Shown here: positions 44,549-55,379 of the stretch, in pieces
Numbering within the stretch: position 1 is the stretch's first letter
Layout of the letters: each line of letters starts with the position of its first letter
The notes under the pieces: model-generated
Told to the model about the DNA's origin: nothing
The model's input: the letters and a program-made list of their open reading frames with translations, nothing else
Database searches by the model: none
Source of the DNA: Rebecca billardiae RCC1528
Lineage: Eukaryota > Protista > Haptophyta
Assembly: GCA_965240325.2 (NCBI GenBank)
Contig: OZ251225.1
Coordinates: 3,906,001-3,970,000 of the forward strand
Direction: 5' to 3'
Length of the DNA stretch: 64,000 nt
Position numbers and translations under genes: made by a program

Positions 44549-46915
44549 ATGGCGGATTCAAACCTCACGTGGCACGCGTTGGCACGCCCCGATGCTCGCG
44601 CCGTGATCGATCGGCACCTCGACGCGGCCAGCGGCTCGCCATACACGCTCGTGGAGCTCCCTGTGACTCGCGATGGCTCCGGAGGCTCCGCCGCCGTCGG
44701 CACGCTCGTGCATGCGGCAGCGGCGTGCGGTCAGGCTGAGGCGCTGCGCGCGCTGCTGGCGCGCGCACACCCGTGGGCCGTCCTCGTGGAGAGCAGCGAG
44801 GGCGACGACGCGTCGAGCACGCCTCGGATCGATGGCGAGCACGTGTCCCTGCAGCTGCTGCCCGACGGGCCGGTGATCCACGGCGTGCCGCGCGAGCGCG
44901 TGCGGCGGCCGCCCACGGCTGTTCCGGCCGGCGCCTTTGCGCCAGCGCCAGACTCAAGTGGGGGGCGGTACCTCGCGGCGCACGGCGCGTTCGAGCGCTG
45001 GCGCGCGTCGAGCGACCCGCCCCTCCGCACCGATGAGCTCGTCGACGTCGCGCTCCAGCCCGGCGGCAGGCTGGCGCGTGCGCGCGTGCGCGGCGTGCAC
45101 AGCCCAGACCACGCGGCCGTGTCCGCACTCGTGGCGGCCGCGGGCAGGGAGGCGCGGCGCCGAGCAGCGGAGGTGCCGCCGGCGCCGCCGAGCGGCGTGG
45201 AGGCGGTGCATGCGGCCATGTGGCACGCCACGCCGCACCAGCGCCGCCTCGCCGCCGCGCCGCCGCCCCGGCTCAGCGCCACGGCCCAGCTGGCCGCCTC
45301 TGAGCTCGCGCTGCGCTGGGCGGCGGGACAGCTGGGCGCGGCGCGGCGCGCGCACGGGCACGCGGTGCGCGCGGTGCGCAGCGGCGAGCTGCGCGAGCGC
45401 GCGCCCGTCGTGCTGCCCGAGCTGCGCGCGCTCTCGCTGCCCACGCTCGCGAACGCCGTCGCCACGACCGGCCGCTTGCCGCGTGCCGCCGACCGGCGCT
45501 GGCCGAGCGTGCCGGTGCGCTCGCTGCCGCCGGGCGCGCGCCTCTGCTACATCGGCCACGCGGCCGCGGAGGGGGAGGAGGAGGGGTGGGGTGGCGCGCC
45601 CGGCGACGCGGGCGCAGGGCGCGGCGAGGGCGCGGCCGCTGCGGCCGAGGCGCGCGAGCTCGTCGGCCTGCTCCACGCGGCGGCCCACGCCCTCGGCCAC
45701 GAGCCCTCGGCCGCGCGCGTCTTCTTCATCGAGCCCGGCTGCTGCCTGCCCGGCTGCGCGCGCGCTGCGCGAGGCGGTGGTGGGGCGGGGTGGGCGGAGC
45801 TGCCGGCGCGCGTCCTCGCGCTCGCCGCCTGCGACGCGCTGCTCGTGAGCTGGCACGGCGCCGGGAGAGCGGGGCGCGCCGCGCCCAGCGCGCCTCCGCC
45901 GTGGGGCGCGCTCGAGCTGCGGCTCTTTGTGCGCGCGGCACAGCTGGCGGCTGGCGGGCGCGGTGCGCGCGCGCCCGCGCAGCAGCTGCTGCTGCCGACA
46001 GCGCGCGCGCCGCACGCGGCACGCGTGAGCGCGCACCCGGCGGCGCTCTCCGCACTGTCAGACGACGCGCGCACGCGCGCGCTCGGCACCGCCCTCGCGC
46101 TGAGCGCGCTGGCCGCGCCCACGGAGGCCGCCCCCCAGCCCGGCGCGGAGGGCGGCGCGGCCGAGGAGGCCGCGATGCGCGGCGCGGTGCAGCGCGCGCT
46201 GCTGCAGCCCGGCAGCGGAGCGGCCGCGCTGCCCCGCGCCGCGCTGCGCGCCGCGCAGGACGCGGCGGCGGCGGAGGCGGGCGCGCGGGCGGCCACGGCC
46301 GCGCACGCGCGCGCCGGCGCGCGCGGCGGCACCGTGCAGCGCGGCGATGGCGGCTGGGCGGAGCCCGCCGCGTGCGCGCTGGACGCGTGCGCGCGCGCGC
46401 CGCGCAGCTGGGCGGGCGCCAGCGAGGCCTCGCAGCCCGCCGGCAGCGACGGGCCTGAGCCGGATCGGTCCGGCTCTGAGTCGGACGAGCACGGAGCCGC
46501 GGGCGGTGCCGAGCGCGGGGGCCCGCGGCGCGGTGCCGCGCCGATCGTGCCGACGCCGCGGGGCGTGAGGGCCGAGCCCTGGGCGGCGCCGGGGTGGCGC
46601 ACGGCGCCGGGAGCAGCAGGGCCGACTGGCACGCGCGCGGACTGGCCGCCGCCGCCCGCCAAGCTCGATGCCACCGCCGCCGTCGGCCTGCCCGCGCAGC
46701 TCGGCGCCGCGTGGGCGACCGCGGCCGCGGCGTGCACGCATCCGGTCGCGGCGGGCATCCGCACCGCCGGCCCGGGCGGGCCACCGCCGACGCTGGCGAC
46801 GTGGGCGGCGGAGCGGCGGCCAGAGCGCTACCCGCACTCGCGCCGGTGGGCACGCGAGCACGCCGTGCCACCGCGCTCGCTCATGTGGCGGCCCGCAGGC
46901 CGGCAGGCGCTGTGA
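44549..46915 (+). CDS. Hypothetical protein with one ankyrin-like motif
   Basis: Long ORF containing GTLVHAAAACGQAEALRALL; the rest is Ala-rich and unassigned. Confidence 0.6.
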   Translation: MADSNLTWHALARPDARAVIDRHLDAASGSPYTLVELPVTRDGSGGSAAVGTLVHAAAACGQAEALRALLARAHPWAVLVESSEGDDASSTPRIDGEHVSLQLLPDGPVIHGVPRERVRRPPTAVPAGAFAPAPDSSGGRYLAAHGAFERWRASSDPPLRTDELVDVALQPGGRLARARVRGVHSPDHAAVSALVAAAGREARRRAAEVPPAPPSGVEAVHAAMWHATPHQRRLAAAPPPRLSATAQLAASELALRWAAGQLGAARRAHGHAVRAVRSGELRERAPVVLPELRALSLPTLANAVATTGRLPRAADRRWPSVPVRSLPPGARLCYIGHAAAEGEEEGWGGAPGDAGAGRGEGAAAAAEARELVGLLHAAAHALGHEPSAARVFFIEPGCCLPGCARAARGGGGAGWAELPARVLALAACDALLVSWHGAGRAGRAAPSAPPPWGALELRLFVRAAQLAAGGRGARAPAQQLLLPTARAPHAARVSAHPAALSALSDDARTRALGTALALSALAAPTEAAPQPGAEGGAAEEAAMRGAVQRALLQPGSGAAALPRAALRAAQDAAAAEAGARAATAAHARAGARGGTVQRGDGGWAEPAACALDACARAPRSWAGASEASQPAGSDGPEPDRSGSESDEHGAAGGAERGGPRRGAAPIVPTPRGVRAEPWAAPGWRTAPGAAGPTGTRADWPPPPAKLDATAAVGLPAQLGAAWATAAAACTHPVAAGIRTAGPGGPPPTLATWAAERRPERYPHSRRWAREHAVPPRSLMWRPAGRQAL

Positions 46916-48681
46916 AGTGTGCTGTGACTGTCGTCTGATGAGCTAGGCCCGCCGTCAGACTCAGACTCAGTCATCATCGGACTCAGTGCTGAGTGATGAC
47001 TCAGAGTCATCAGAGTATATATGATCGGCTACGCCGATCTTCGGGTAGTGAACAAAGAAGTTGAGGGCGCACGGCCCTAGTGGCTAGTCATCACCATATC
47101 ACGCAGCTTGTGAATAATGAGCAGCAGCCTGCAGCCGCGGCCGTTGAGTGTGACGACACGGCCTCGCGGGTCGGACGGTCGGACGGTGCTGGTGCGGCGG
47201 GGGCGGCGGCGGCGCGACGGCGTCGGCGGTGGCGCGCTCGTACAGCGTCTGCAGCACGTGCGCGCGCAGCGTGACTGCGTGTGCAGCAGCGCGCCGCTCA
47301 GCTCCCGCCGCTCCACGCCACCGCAGCGGCGCGCGCGGTGCGCGCCCGCCTCCGCCTCGGCCGCGGCCGCGCCCGCCACCAGTCCGTCGCGCCGCCGCCA
47401 GCTGCTGCGCCGTCGGTGACGGCGGCGGGTCGAGTGCAGAGAGGAGGTGGATGAGCCAGTGCAGCCTGGACTGCGTGACGTCCACGTCCACCACCGCGTC
47501 CTCCTTCGCTACCGCCATCTCCTCCGCCCGCCCCGCCCCCCAGCGGCGGTCCCACCACCCAGGCGGCGACCGGCCCGGCGCGCGCCGCGGGCGGCGGCGC
47601 CCGCGCGCCGCCCGCCGTCGCCGTCGCCGTCGTCGCCGCCGCCGCCGTCGGTGGCGGCGATCGCGGCGGCGAGCGGCGATCGCGGCAGCCCGTCGGGCGG
47701 CGGCGGCGGCGCGCCGCCGCCCTCCGCTCCGCCCTCCGAGGCCGCCCTCCGACGCCGCCGCTGACTGAGTCCGATCCGCCCCGCGCCGCGCCGCGTCGGC
47801 GGGCAAGCGCTCGGATGACGAACCGGCTGGGCGGCAGCGTGGGCGGCGAGGCGACGCGCTCTCCGCCGCTGACGGAGGAGTTGACGGACGAGGCCGTGCG
47901 CGCGAGGTCGGCGGCGGTGTGCGCGGCGGCGCTGGGCGAGTGCGCCAGCCTCTCGGGCCAGCACATGCCCCGCCGCGCGCCCGCCACCGCCCAGGCTCCC
48001 GCGCCGTCTGCCGCGCGCCGCGCCGCCGCGCTGTCCGGATGGCGCACCTCCCTCGACTGCGCCGCCACCATCGCCCTCGCTCCCTTCAGTCGCCGCCCCC
48101 CGCCGCCTGCCGTGACGCGCCCGCCGCGCGCCGCTGGCGGCCGCACTCGCGGGCGGCGGCATCGGGCTAAGACCGCTGAGAGCCGGCGGCGGTGACGCGC
48201 GGGTCTGGCCGCCGCTGGCGAGGGTGAGGACGGACTTGCCGTTCGGCGCGCCTCCCTCGTCCGTGCCGCCACCACCGCCCTCGCTCCCTTCAGCCGCCGC
48301 CCCCGACGCCTCCGCCTCCGCTGCACACGCCGCCGCGCGCCCCACGCGATCGCACAGAAAGCCACAGAGTCAGACAGACTCGCGCACGTGCCGGCAGTTC
48401 GGGATCGTATGATGATTCGTGGACATCGACATATCGTGCTGCTAATGAATCTAACGGACTACCATATATATATATATATATATCGACGCCAGACGGTGCG
48501 TCGAGCTTCCGCTCGGCGATGGAGTGATGGGCGACTACGAGGGCGGGGGGGACGACGGCGAGGAGCGCTGATCCTGGTGTTTGTCTCTGCTGGCGCTGCT
48601 CGATCTGCTGCTAGTGAGTCAGTGAGACTGCTAGTGCTACAGCTTGCTGACTTTGACGCCTGCCCGTTGCATACCACGTCG

Positions 48682-48808
<127 letters not shown>

Positions 48809-48911
48809 TCCGCCGGTCGGCGGGACGCGTCGACTACAAGTAGTCATTCGATCATTCGTCTGTGACGACGACGATACAGCAAATAAATACAGGCGCCCGC
48901 TTCGTGGCTGC

Positions 48912-50741
48912 TTAGGCGCTCTGACAGCTGGCATCGAGTGCGGCCAGTCGGGCCACGCTCGCGAGCAGCTGCGAGCTGAGCGGCTCGCACAGCGCGCGCA
49001 GCACCTCGGCGCATTGCACGGCGAGCACGCGCGCGCCCGCGTCCGCCGCGGCTGCGTCCGCCGCGGCGCGCGCCTCGGTGTCTTGGTCGTCGCCGGCATC
49101 GTCCGCGCGCACGAGCAGCAGCGCGCGCGCCGCTCGCCCCGCGCAGCCCTCCGCCAGCGCGGCGCGCGCCACGTCGGGCAGAGAGCCCGCCGCGCCGGTG
49201 TGCGCGCGGGCGCTCGCGCCCGCCGCGCCCAGCAGGCGCGCGAGCGCCTCCGGCGCCGGCTGCGTCCCCGGCAGGACGAGCGCGGCCGTGCCCGCGAGCG
49301 GGCCGGCGCCGCGCGCGCTTCGGTGCGCGCGGTGCCACTCCGGCGCGCCCAGCCAGAGCGCGCCCTTGCCCAGGGGGACGACGCGCTCGACGGCGGCGCC
49401 GCCGGCCGCGAGCGCCGCCTCCGCCGCGGCCGCGGTGCCGAGCGGCGCGAGCGCGTGCGCACCCTCGTCCACCCACGTGCCCGCGCGCGCGCTCTCCGCC
49501 ACAAAGGGCGCGCGCAGCACGTGCGCGCCCGCCGCGAGCGCGAGCAGCAGCTTGTGCGAGCGCTTGAGCGCGCCGACGAGCAGGTGGGTGGGAGGGGCGT
49601 GGGCGTTGTCGGCGTCGTCGCCGCCGCCGTCGCCCACGATCAGCGCGCCGAGCGCGCGCGCAGCCGCCTCGAGCGCCTGCCGCTCGCGCTCCTTGAAGCC
49701 GCTCAGCGCGAGCCGGACCACAGGCGCGGCCGCACGGGCGCGCGCCACCTCGGCCGAACGCGGCTCGGCGCGCGGCGTGGGCGGCCCGCTGCGCGCCTCG
49801 GAGCCCCGCCCCTCTGCGGCCTGCGCCGGCGGGGCCTCTGGCGCCGGCGTCGCCGCCGCCGTACCCGCCGCCGCCGCGCCCGCGTCGTCGGTGGCCTCCG
49901 CGCCCGCTGGCGCGGGCGCCGCCCCGCGCGCACCGGGCGCACATGGCGCACATGGCGCGGCTGCCGGCGCCGCCTCGGCCTCGGCGCGCGGGGCGGCGGC
50001 TGGCGCGGCTGGGCTCGTCGCGCCGGGCCGGCGCGCGCGCGGCCGGCCGGCATCGTCGGTGCCGCCGGCGGCATCCCTCGCGCGCTTGCGCTCGGCCGCG
50101 CGCGCGGCCGCACCGGCAGGCGCGGGCGCAGCCGCCGCGGCACCGCCGTCCATCGCCTCCGCCGGCGCGGCGCCGCGCGCCGCCGGCGGGGCGGCCGCGG
50201 ACGGCAGCGGCAGCGCGGCCCACGCGCGCACGCACCCGTCGAGCCAGCCGATGCTGACGCGCGCGGCCGAGCTGGGCTGGGCGGGCGCGCCGCCCGCGCG
50301 CAGCTCTGCGTCCGCCACGACGACGTGCGTCGCCTCCTCGCCGCGCTCCGGCCGCACGAGCGTGGCGCCGAGGGCGCGGATCACGTCGCGGGCGTACGCG
50401 CGCGCGCCCGCGCCGAGTGCGCGGCTCACGGCGATGCGCGCGGCGCGGAGGGCTGGGACGCCCGTCGCGCCGGCGAGCGGGCGGTAGAGCGCGCGAAGCT
50501 CGGCCGGCGGCGGCGGCAGCCCGGCGTGCGAGCGCAGCGCGTGCGCGGTGAAGAGCCAGAGCGGCGAGCGCGCGCTATCGTCGCGCGCCGCGCCGTCGTC
50601 GACGCGCGCGAGCACGTGGTCGCACGCGGCGTCGGGCTCGGTGCGCACGAGGGCGCCGAGGTCGGCGAGCGCGCGCGCGCACGCCGCGCGCTCCGCCGCG
50701 CGCAGTTCGGCGTGCAGGCGCCACGTCTGCCCCGCGAGCAT
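48912..50741 (-). CDS. Multi-BRCT-domain protein (PTIP/TopBP1/MDC1-like)
   Basis: ALGATLV...ATHVVV...VSIGWLDGC and [23 protein letters not shown]...[33 protein letters not shown]. Confidence 0.82.
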   Translation of the reverse strand: MLAGQTWRLHAELRAAERAACARALADLGALVRTEPDAACDHVLARVDDGAARDDSARSPLWLFTAHALRSHAGLPPPPAELRALYRPLAGATGVPALRAARIAVSRALGAGARAYARDVIRALGATLVRPERGEEATHVVVADAELRAGGAPAQPSSAARVSIGWLDGCVRAWAALPLPSAAAPPAARGAAPAEAMDGGAAAAAPAPAGAAARAAERKRARDAAGGTDDAGRPRARRPGATSPAAPAAAPRAEAEAAPAAAPCAPCAPGARGAAPAPAGAEATDDAGAAAAGTAAATPAPEAPPAQAAEGRGSEARSGPPTPRAEPRSAEVARARAAAPVVRLALSGFKERERQALEAAARALGALIVGDGGGDDADNAHAPPTHLLVGALKRSHKLLLALAAGAHVLRAPFVAESARAGTWVDEGAHALAPLGTAAAAEAALAAGGAAVERVVPLGKGALWLGAPEWHRAHRSARGAGPLAGTAALVLPGTQPAPEALARLLGAAGASARAHTGAAGSLPDVARAALAEGCAGRAARALLLVRADDAGDDQDTEARAAADAAAADAGARVLAVQCAEVLRALCEPLSSQLLASVARLAALDASCQSA

Positions 50742-51092
50742 GCTCTGGACCTCGCGCGAGTTCACGCCGGCGGTGGCGCCATCTCTGTCGCGACTCGCGC
50801 CGAGAGAGGCGGTTGGAAACTTGGTGGTGGCAGTGGTGGGTCCCGGACCGCGACGGCACGGCCGGAACGGTTCCACTCACGACGGTTCCAGGAAGTCGCA
50901 CGTGTTCGCTCGCGCTCACTGGCTGTTGAACCTTCAAGTTGCCCACGACGCGCGGCCCGCTCGCGAGCGCACGCTCACGAGCGCCCTTCGCCGGCAAGCG
51001 AGGCCTGGCGTGCGTTGGCGACCGACCTCCATTCAGCCCGGTGGCAGTCAACCGCGCGGGGCGGCTCGGGGCTGCTCGCAGTGCAGGCCGCG

Positions 51093-54000
51093 ATGGCGGA
51101 CTCGCCGCCCGCGTCGACGGAGGTGCTGGGCGCGACGGAGGACGCGGCGGCCGACGATGAGCCCTTCGTCCCGCCCGAGCGCGTCTGGTGCTCCACGTGC
51201 CGCCTCTGGTACGCGGACGAGCTCGAGGAGGAGGACGAGCCGCCGACGCCGCCGCCGCCGCCGCCGTCCGACCTGATCCCGGCGAGCGTGGTGCGCCGGC
51301 TCGAGGCGTTCTTCGCGTCGCCGGACACGCACGTCCTCCACCTCGACTACCTCGTGAAGAAGCTCGACCAGCATCAGCTCCGCCTCGTGCTCACCAAGGC
51401 GATGAGCGCGCAGCCGCCCGTGCAGGTCGCGTTCCTGCAGGGCGCGCTGCCGCTGCAGGGCGCGCTCTTCCCGCTGCTGCTGCAGTGGATCGAGCTGGGA
51501 CACCTGTGGGCCCTCAACCTCGGCGAGCTCAACTTCTCCACGCCGCAGCTCGCCGCGCTCGACGCGTCCCTCCGCCGCTCGGCCGTGAGCCACCTCTTCT
51601 ACGAGTGCACGGTCGCGGGCGAGTGGAAGGAGGTGTTCAAGGAGGCGCTGCGCGAGAACAGGCAGAAGCACGCGCGGTGGAAGCTCTCGCGCGACCACGC
51701 GCAGAACCACGTCATCTTCGAGGCGCGCGCGCGCGCCCGCCGCGCGCGCTCGCGCGCCCGCGCCCGTGCGCTCGGCGCGGCTCACGCGGATAGCTCCCTC
51801 CCCTCTCTCTCTCTCTCTCTCCCCCTCCCTCTCTCTCTCCCTCCCTCCCTCTCTCTCGCTCTTTCTCTCTCGCGCGCGCGCGCGCCGCCCGGCCCCGGCG
51901 CAGGTGGTGAAGTGCTGGTTCAACCCGACGTCGCACACGGTGAACAAGCTGTGGGCCGAGCGCAACCGCAACGGCTACCGCCTGCACCGCGCCGCGCGGT
52001 CCGAGCCCCTGCGCGTGCAGTGCGAGCGGTGCCGCAAGTGGCGCGCGCTGCCGCCGGGCGTGGGCTCGTGGCCGCACGAGTTCGAGTGCGCGGACGCGGC
52101 GCCGTGGGACGCGCAGGCGTCGTGCGAGGCGGCGGAGGAGGAGCCGCCGTGCGCCGCCGGCGGCGCGCACGCCGCCGAGCCCGCCGAGCACGCGCGCCCG
52201 CCCGCGCAGGGCGAGCGCATTGTCGCCGAGCTCGCGCCGTGCCGCTGGGCGCTGTGCACCGTGCTGCGCGCGCCGAGCGCGTCGGAGTGGGCGGCGATGG
52301 CGAAGATGCGCGAGCGCGCCGAGCGCGGCGGGCGGCGCGGCGCCGGCGCGGCGCGCTCGCCCGCCCCACCCAAGTGGCTCCCGCCCGAGCTGGCGCCGCT
52401 CCTCCTCGGGCAGACGCGGCCGCGCGCGCGCGCCGCGCCAGCCAAGTTCGAGGCCGGCGCGTGCACGGACGACTCGCGGGAGCGGCGGTGCTCCGCGGCG
52501 GCGGACGCGCACGAGCGCGCGCAGTGGCGGCTGGTGGCGTGCGCGGGCGCGCGGCTCGAGCGCCGCCGAGCGGGCGCGGGCGGTGGCGCCGACGACGCGT
52601 CGAGCTCGTCCGCGTCCGCCTCCGAGTCCGAGTCCGAGTCCGAGTCCGACGGCTCTGAGGAGGACGAGGAGGCGGAGGCGCGCGGCGATCGTGCCGACGA
52701 CGACGGCGGTGCTGCTGGCGGTGCCGAGGGCGGGCGCGCGGCCGCGGAGGATGGCGGGGCGGAGGCGGAGGAGTCGGCGCGCGCGTCGGGCTCGGGCACG
52801 CGCTGCGGCGCGCGGCTGCGCGCGGGCGGCGCCAAGCAGCCCTCGCCCATCGCCATCTACGCCGTGCGGTGCGCGCCCGAGGGGCGCGGCGTCTCGTGGT
52901 GCCATCTCGACGCGTGGGCGGGCCTCAAGCGCAGCCTGCGCGCGGCGCTGCTCGAGCGGAGCGTGGCGCAGGCGCAGCAGCGGGCGCGGGCGCAGGCGGA
53001 GGCGCGCGGGGCATCGCCCGCGGAGCCGACGGCGGCGGCGGAGGCCGACGGCGGCGCGGAGGCCGCGGAGGCCACGGAGGCGGAGCGGCCGCCCGCAGAC
53101 GCGCCGACCGCCGACGCGGACGCGCCCCCGGCGCCGCCGCCGCTGCTGTGCGCCGGCCAGCGCATCGCGTGCCTGCGCACCGCCGCGCCGGGCGGCGTGC
53201 CTCGGTGGAGCGTGGCGGAGGTGGTGGCGGTGGAGCAACTGCCGACGCCGCCGCCCCCGCCGCTCGGCGCGGAGCAGGAGGCGGCCGCCGCGCCGGAGCC
53301 CGCGCCCGTCGGCGCGCCGAGCGCGCGCGCCGCGGCCGAGGCGGAGGCGGAGGACGGCCCGTGCCTGCGCGCCCTCGGTGTCATGGGCAGCATGGCCGCC
53401 AGCATGGCCGCCAGCATGGCCGCCAGCATGGCCGCCGGCGCACGGCCTGCGCCGGCCGAGCTGCCGAGCGTGCCGTGCCAGTGGGCGCAGCACGCGTGCG
53501 CGCCAAGCGCACACGCCGCCGCCCTCGCGCGCGCGCCGCCACCGTGCGCGCGGTGCGAGGGCTCGGCCGCGCCGGCCGAGGCGCCGCCCGCGCTCGCGCC
53601 GGCCGCGCCGGCGCCGCTCTCGGCGCCGCCGCCCGCCGCCGCGCAGCCGCCGGCGTCGCTGGCGGCTGGTGGTGAGGCGCCGGCGCTGCCGCCCGCCGTG
53701 GCCGCCGAGCCGCCCGCGGCCGACGGCGCCCCGCAGCCGGCGCAGCCGCTGGCGCCGTCGGAGGCCGCGCTCGCCGCGCCGCCGTGCGCAGCGCCGCTCG
53801 CTGACGCGGCCGCTGCCGGCGCGAGCGCGGCCGATGAGGGCGGCGCCGCGCCCGCGACGGCCGCGCCCGCCGCGCCGCCGGCGCCGCCGGCCGCCGCCGC
53901 GCCCGCCGCGCCGCCCGAGCCCTCGCCCCTGCTCGCGCAGCTGCAGTTCCTCGACGGCGCCCGCGCTCGGCTGCGGCTGGGCGCTTCCAACCTCGTGCAG

Positions 54001-54652
54001 CTGTGCGCGCGCGCACGCGCGCCGCGCGCGCGCGGCACGCGCGCGGCACGCGCCCGACAGCGCGTGCGCCCGGGCTGACAGGACGCGCTGCGCCCCGCCG
54101 CCCCGCCCGCCCGCGCGCGCGCCGCCCCTTTGGCGCAGGTGGGTGCCTCTGCCCGCGGAGAGCGCGCAGCCGGGTGCCCCGCGCCCGACGGCGGCGGTGC
54201 GCATCACCAGCGGCGCGCGCGCGCTCACGCGGCTGGCCACGCAGCTGCCGCCGCCGCCGCCGCCGCCGCCGCCGGTGCGCCCCAAGCCGCCGCAGCCCGC
54301 CGCCGCGCCCTCGAGCGCGCCCGCCGCCGCCGCCAAGCGCGCGCGCGGCGCGCGCGCGCGCGGCGCGGGCGGCGCGCCGGCCGCCGAGCAGCGCGGCGCG
54401 CCCGCGGCGGCCGGCAGCGGCGGCGGCGCGTGCGGCAGCGGCGGCGCCAAGCGGCAAGGCGCGCGCGGCAGCGGGTGCGCGGTTGGCAGCGCCGGCAGCC
54501 GCTCGGCCAAGCGGCTGCGGCGCGCGCCTCCCACCGCGGCCGAGTGCGCGGAGATGGAGCTCGCCGCGCGCCCGCCGCCCGCCGACCTCTCGCTCATGAG
54601 CGAGCGTCAGCAGCTGGCGCATGTGCTCGCCCTCTCGCACTGGTGCACCTGA
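51093..54652 (+). CDS. CW-type zinc-finger protein, three exons
   Basis: VQCERCRKWRALP...FECADAAPWDAQASCEAAEE is a zf-CW signature; introns at 51723-51903 (GC donor) and ~54003-54138; ends LSLMSERQQLAHVLALSHWCT*. Confidence 0.8.
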
Positions 54653-55379
54653 CGGCTGACGGCTCTGACGGCTCGATGACGGCCGTGACCTGGCCAGCGG
54701 GCCCGGCCGGAGGGCGCGCCCCCGCCCGCGGCGCCCGCGGCGGCGGCGGCGCACCGTGGCATCTCGCCGCGGCAGCGGACCGGCGAGTCTCGCCACTCGG
54801 CGCGGCGCCGAGGCTTGGCCTCGCGGTCGCCGTCCTTCACTCTTCAGAACCGGTGACCCGATCGGTCCAAGCCGCACGCGGCTCCCGCACGGGCGCTTGG
54901 CGAAGACGGCCTCCGAGTCCGCGGCCTGTCACGCACGTTCACGCAGTCGACATCAGCGAGCGCGCTCTTATTTATTGATAATGAGGACCGACCACTCTCA
55001 AACCGGAGTCAGCCAGGTTACTTACGGGCACGGCCACTGACTGACGGTCGCCGTAGGCTGTAGGCCTGCACAGGGCAGCACAGCTCGACGCCGACCCTCC
55101 CTCCGGGTTTGCCGAGCCCGACCGGGACGGGGCCTCGTCGCCGGTTGGCGTCAGTCCGGAGGGCGCTTCGCCCCGATCCGGTTGTCGAGAGCCGAGATGC
55201 GGGTACAGATGCGTCAATCTTGGGCGCCGAGTTGCCTTCTCCCGAATACATACGGACAGCTGCGCTTGATGCGCTCAATCAACACGCGCCTTTCATCGGG
55301 CGTCGCGGCCGAGTGCGGAGCATTCCTGGTCAGCGGTGGGGTCGTCGCGCCCCGGGCTTCCAAGAGGCCCGCGTAGTGA

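Noticed and set aside
47099-48365. Possible minus-strand gene
   Set aside because: Short plausible peptide patches exist, but I could not assemble a consistent exon structure.
49014-52658. 1214-aa ORF in the track
   Set aside because: Artefact: antisense read-through of the BRCT gene fused to exon 1 and the intron of the zf-CW gene.
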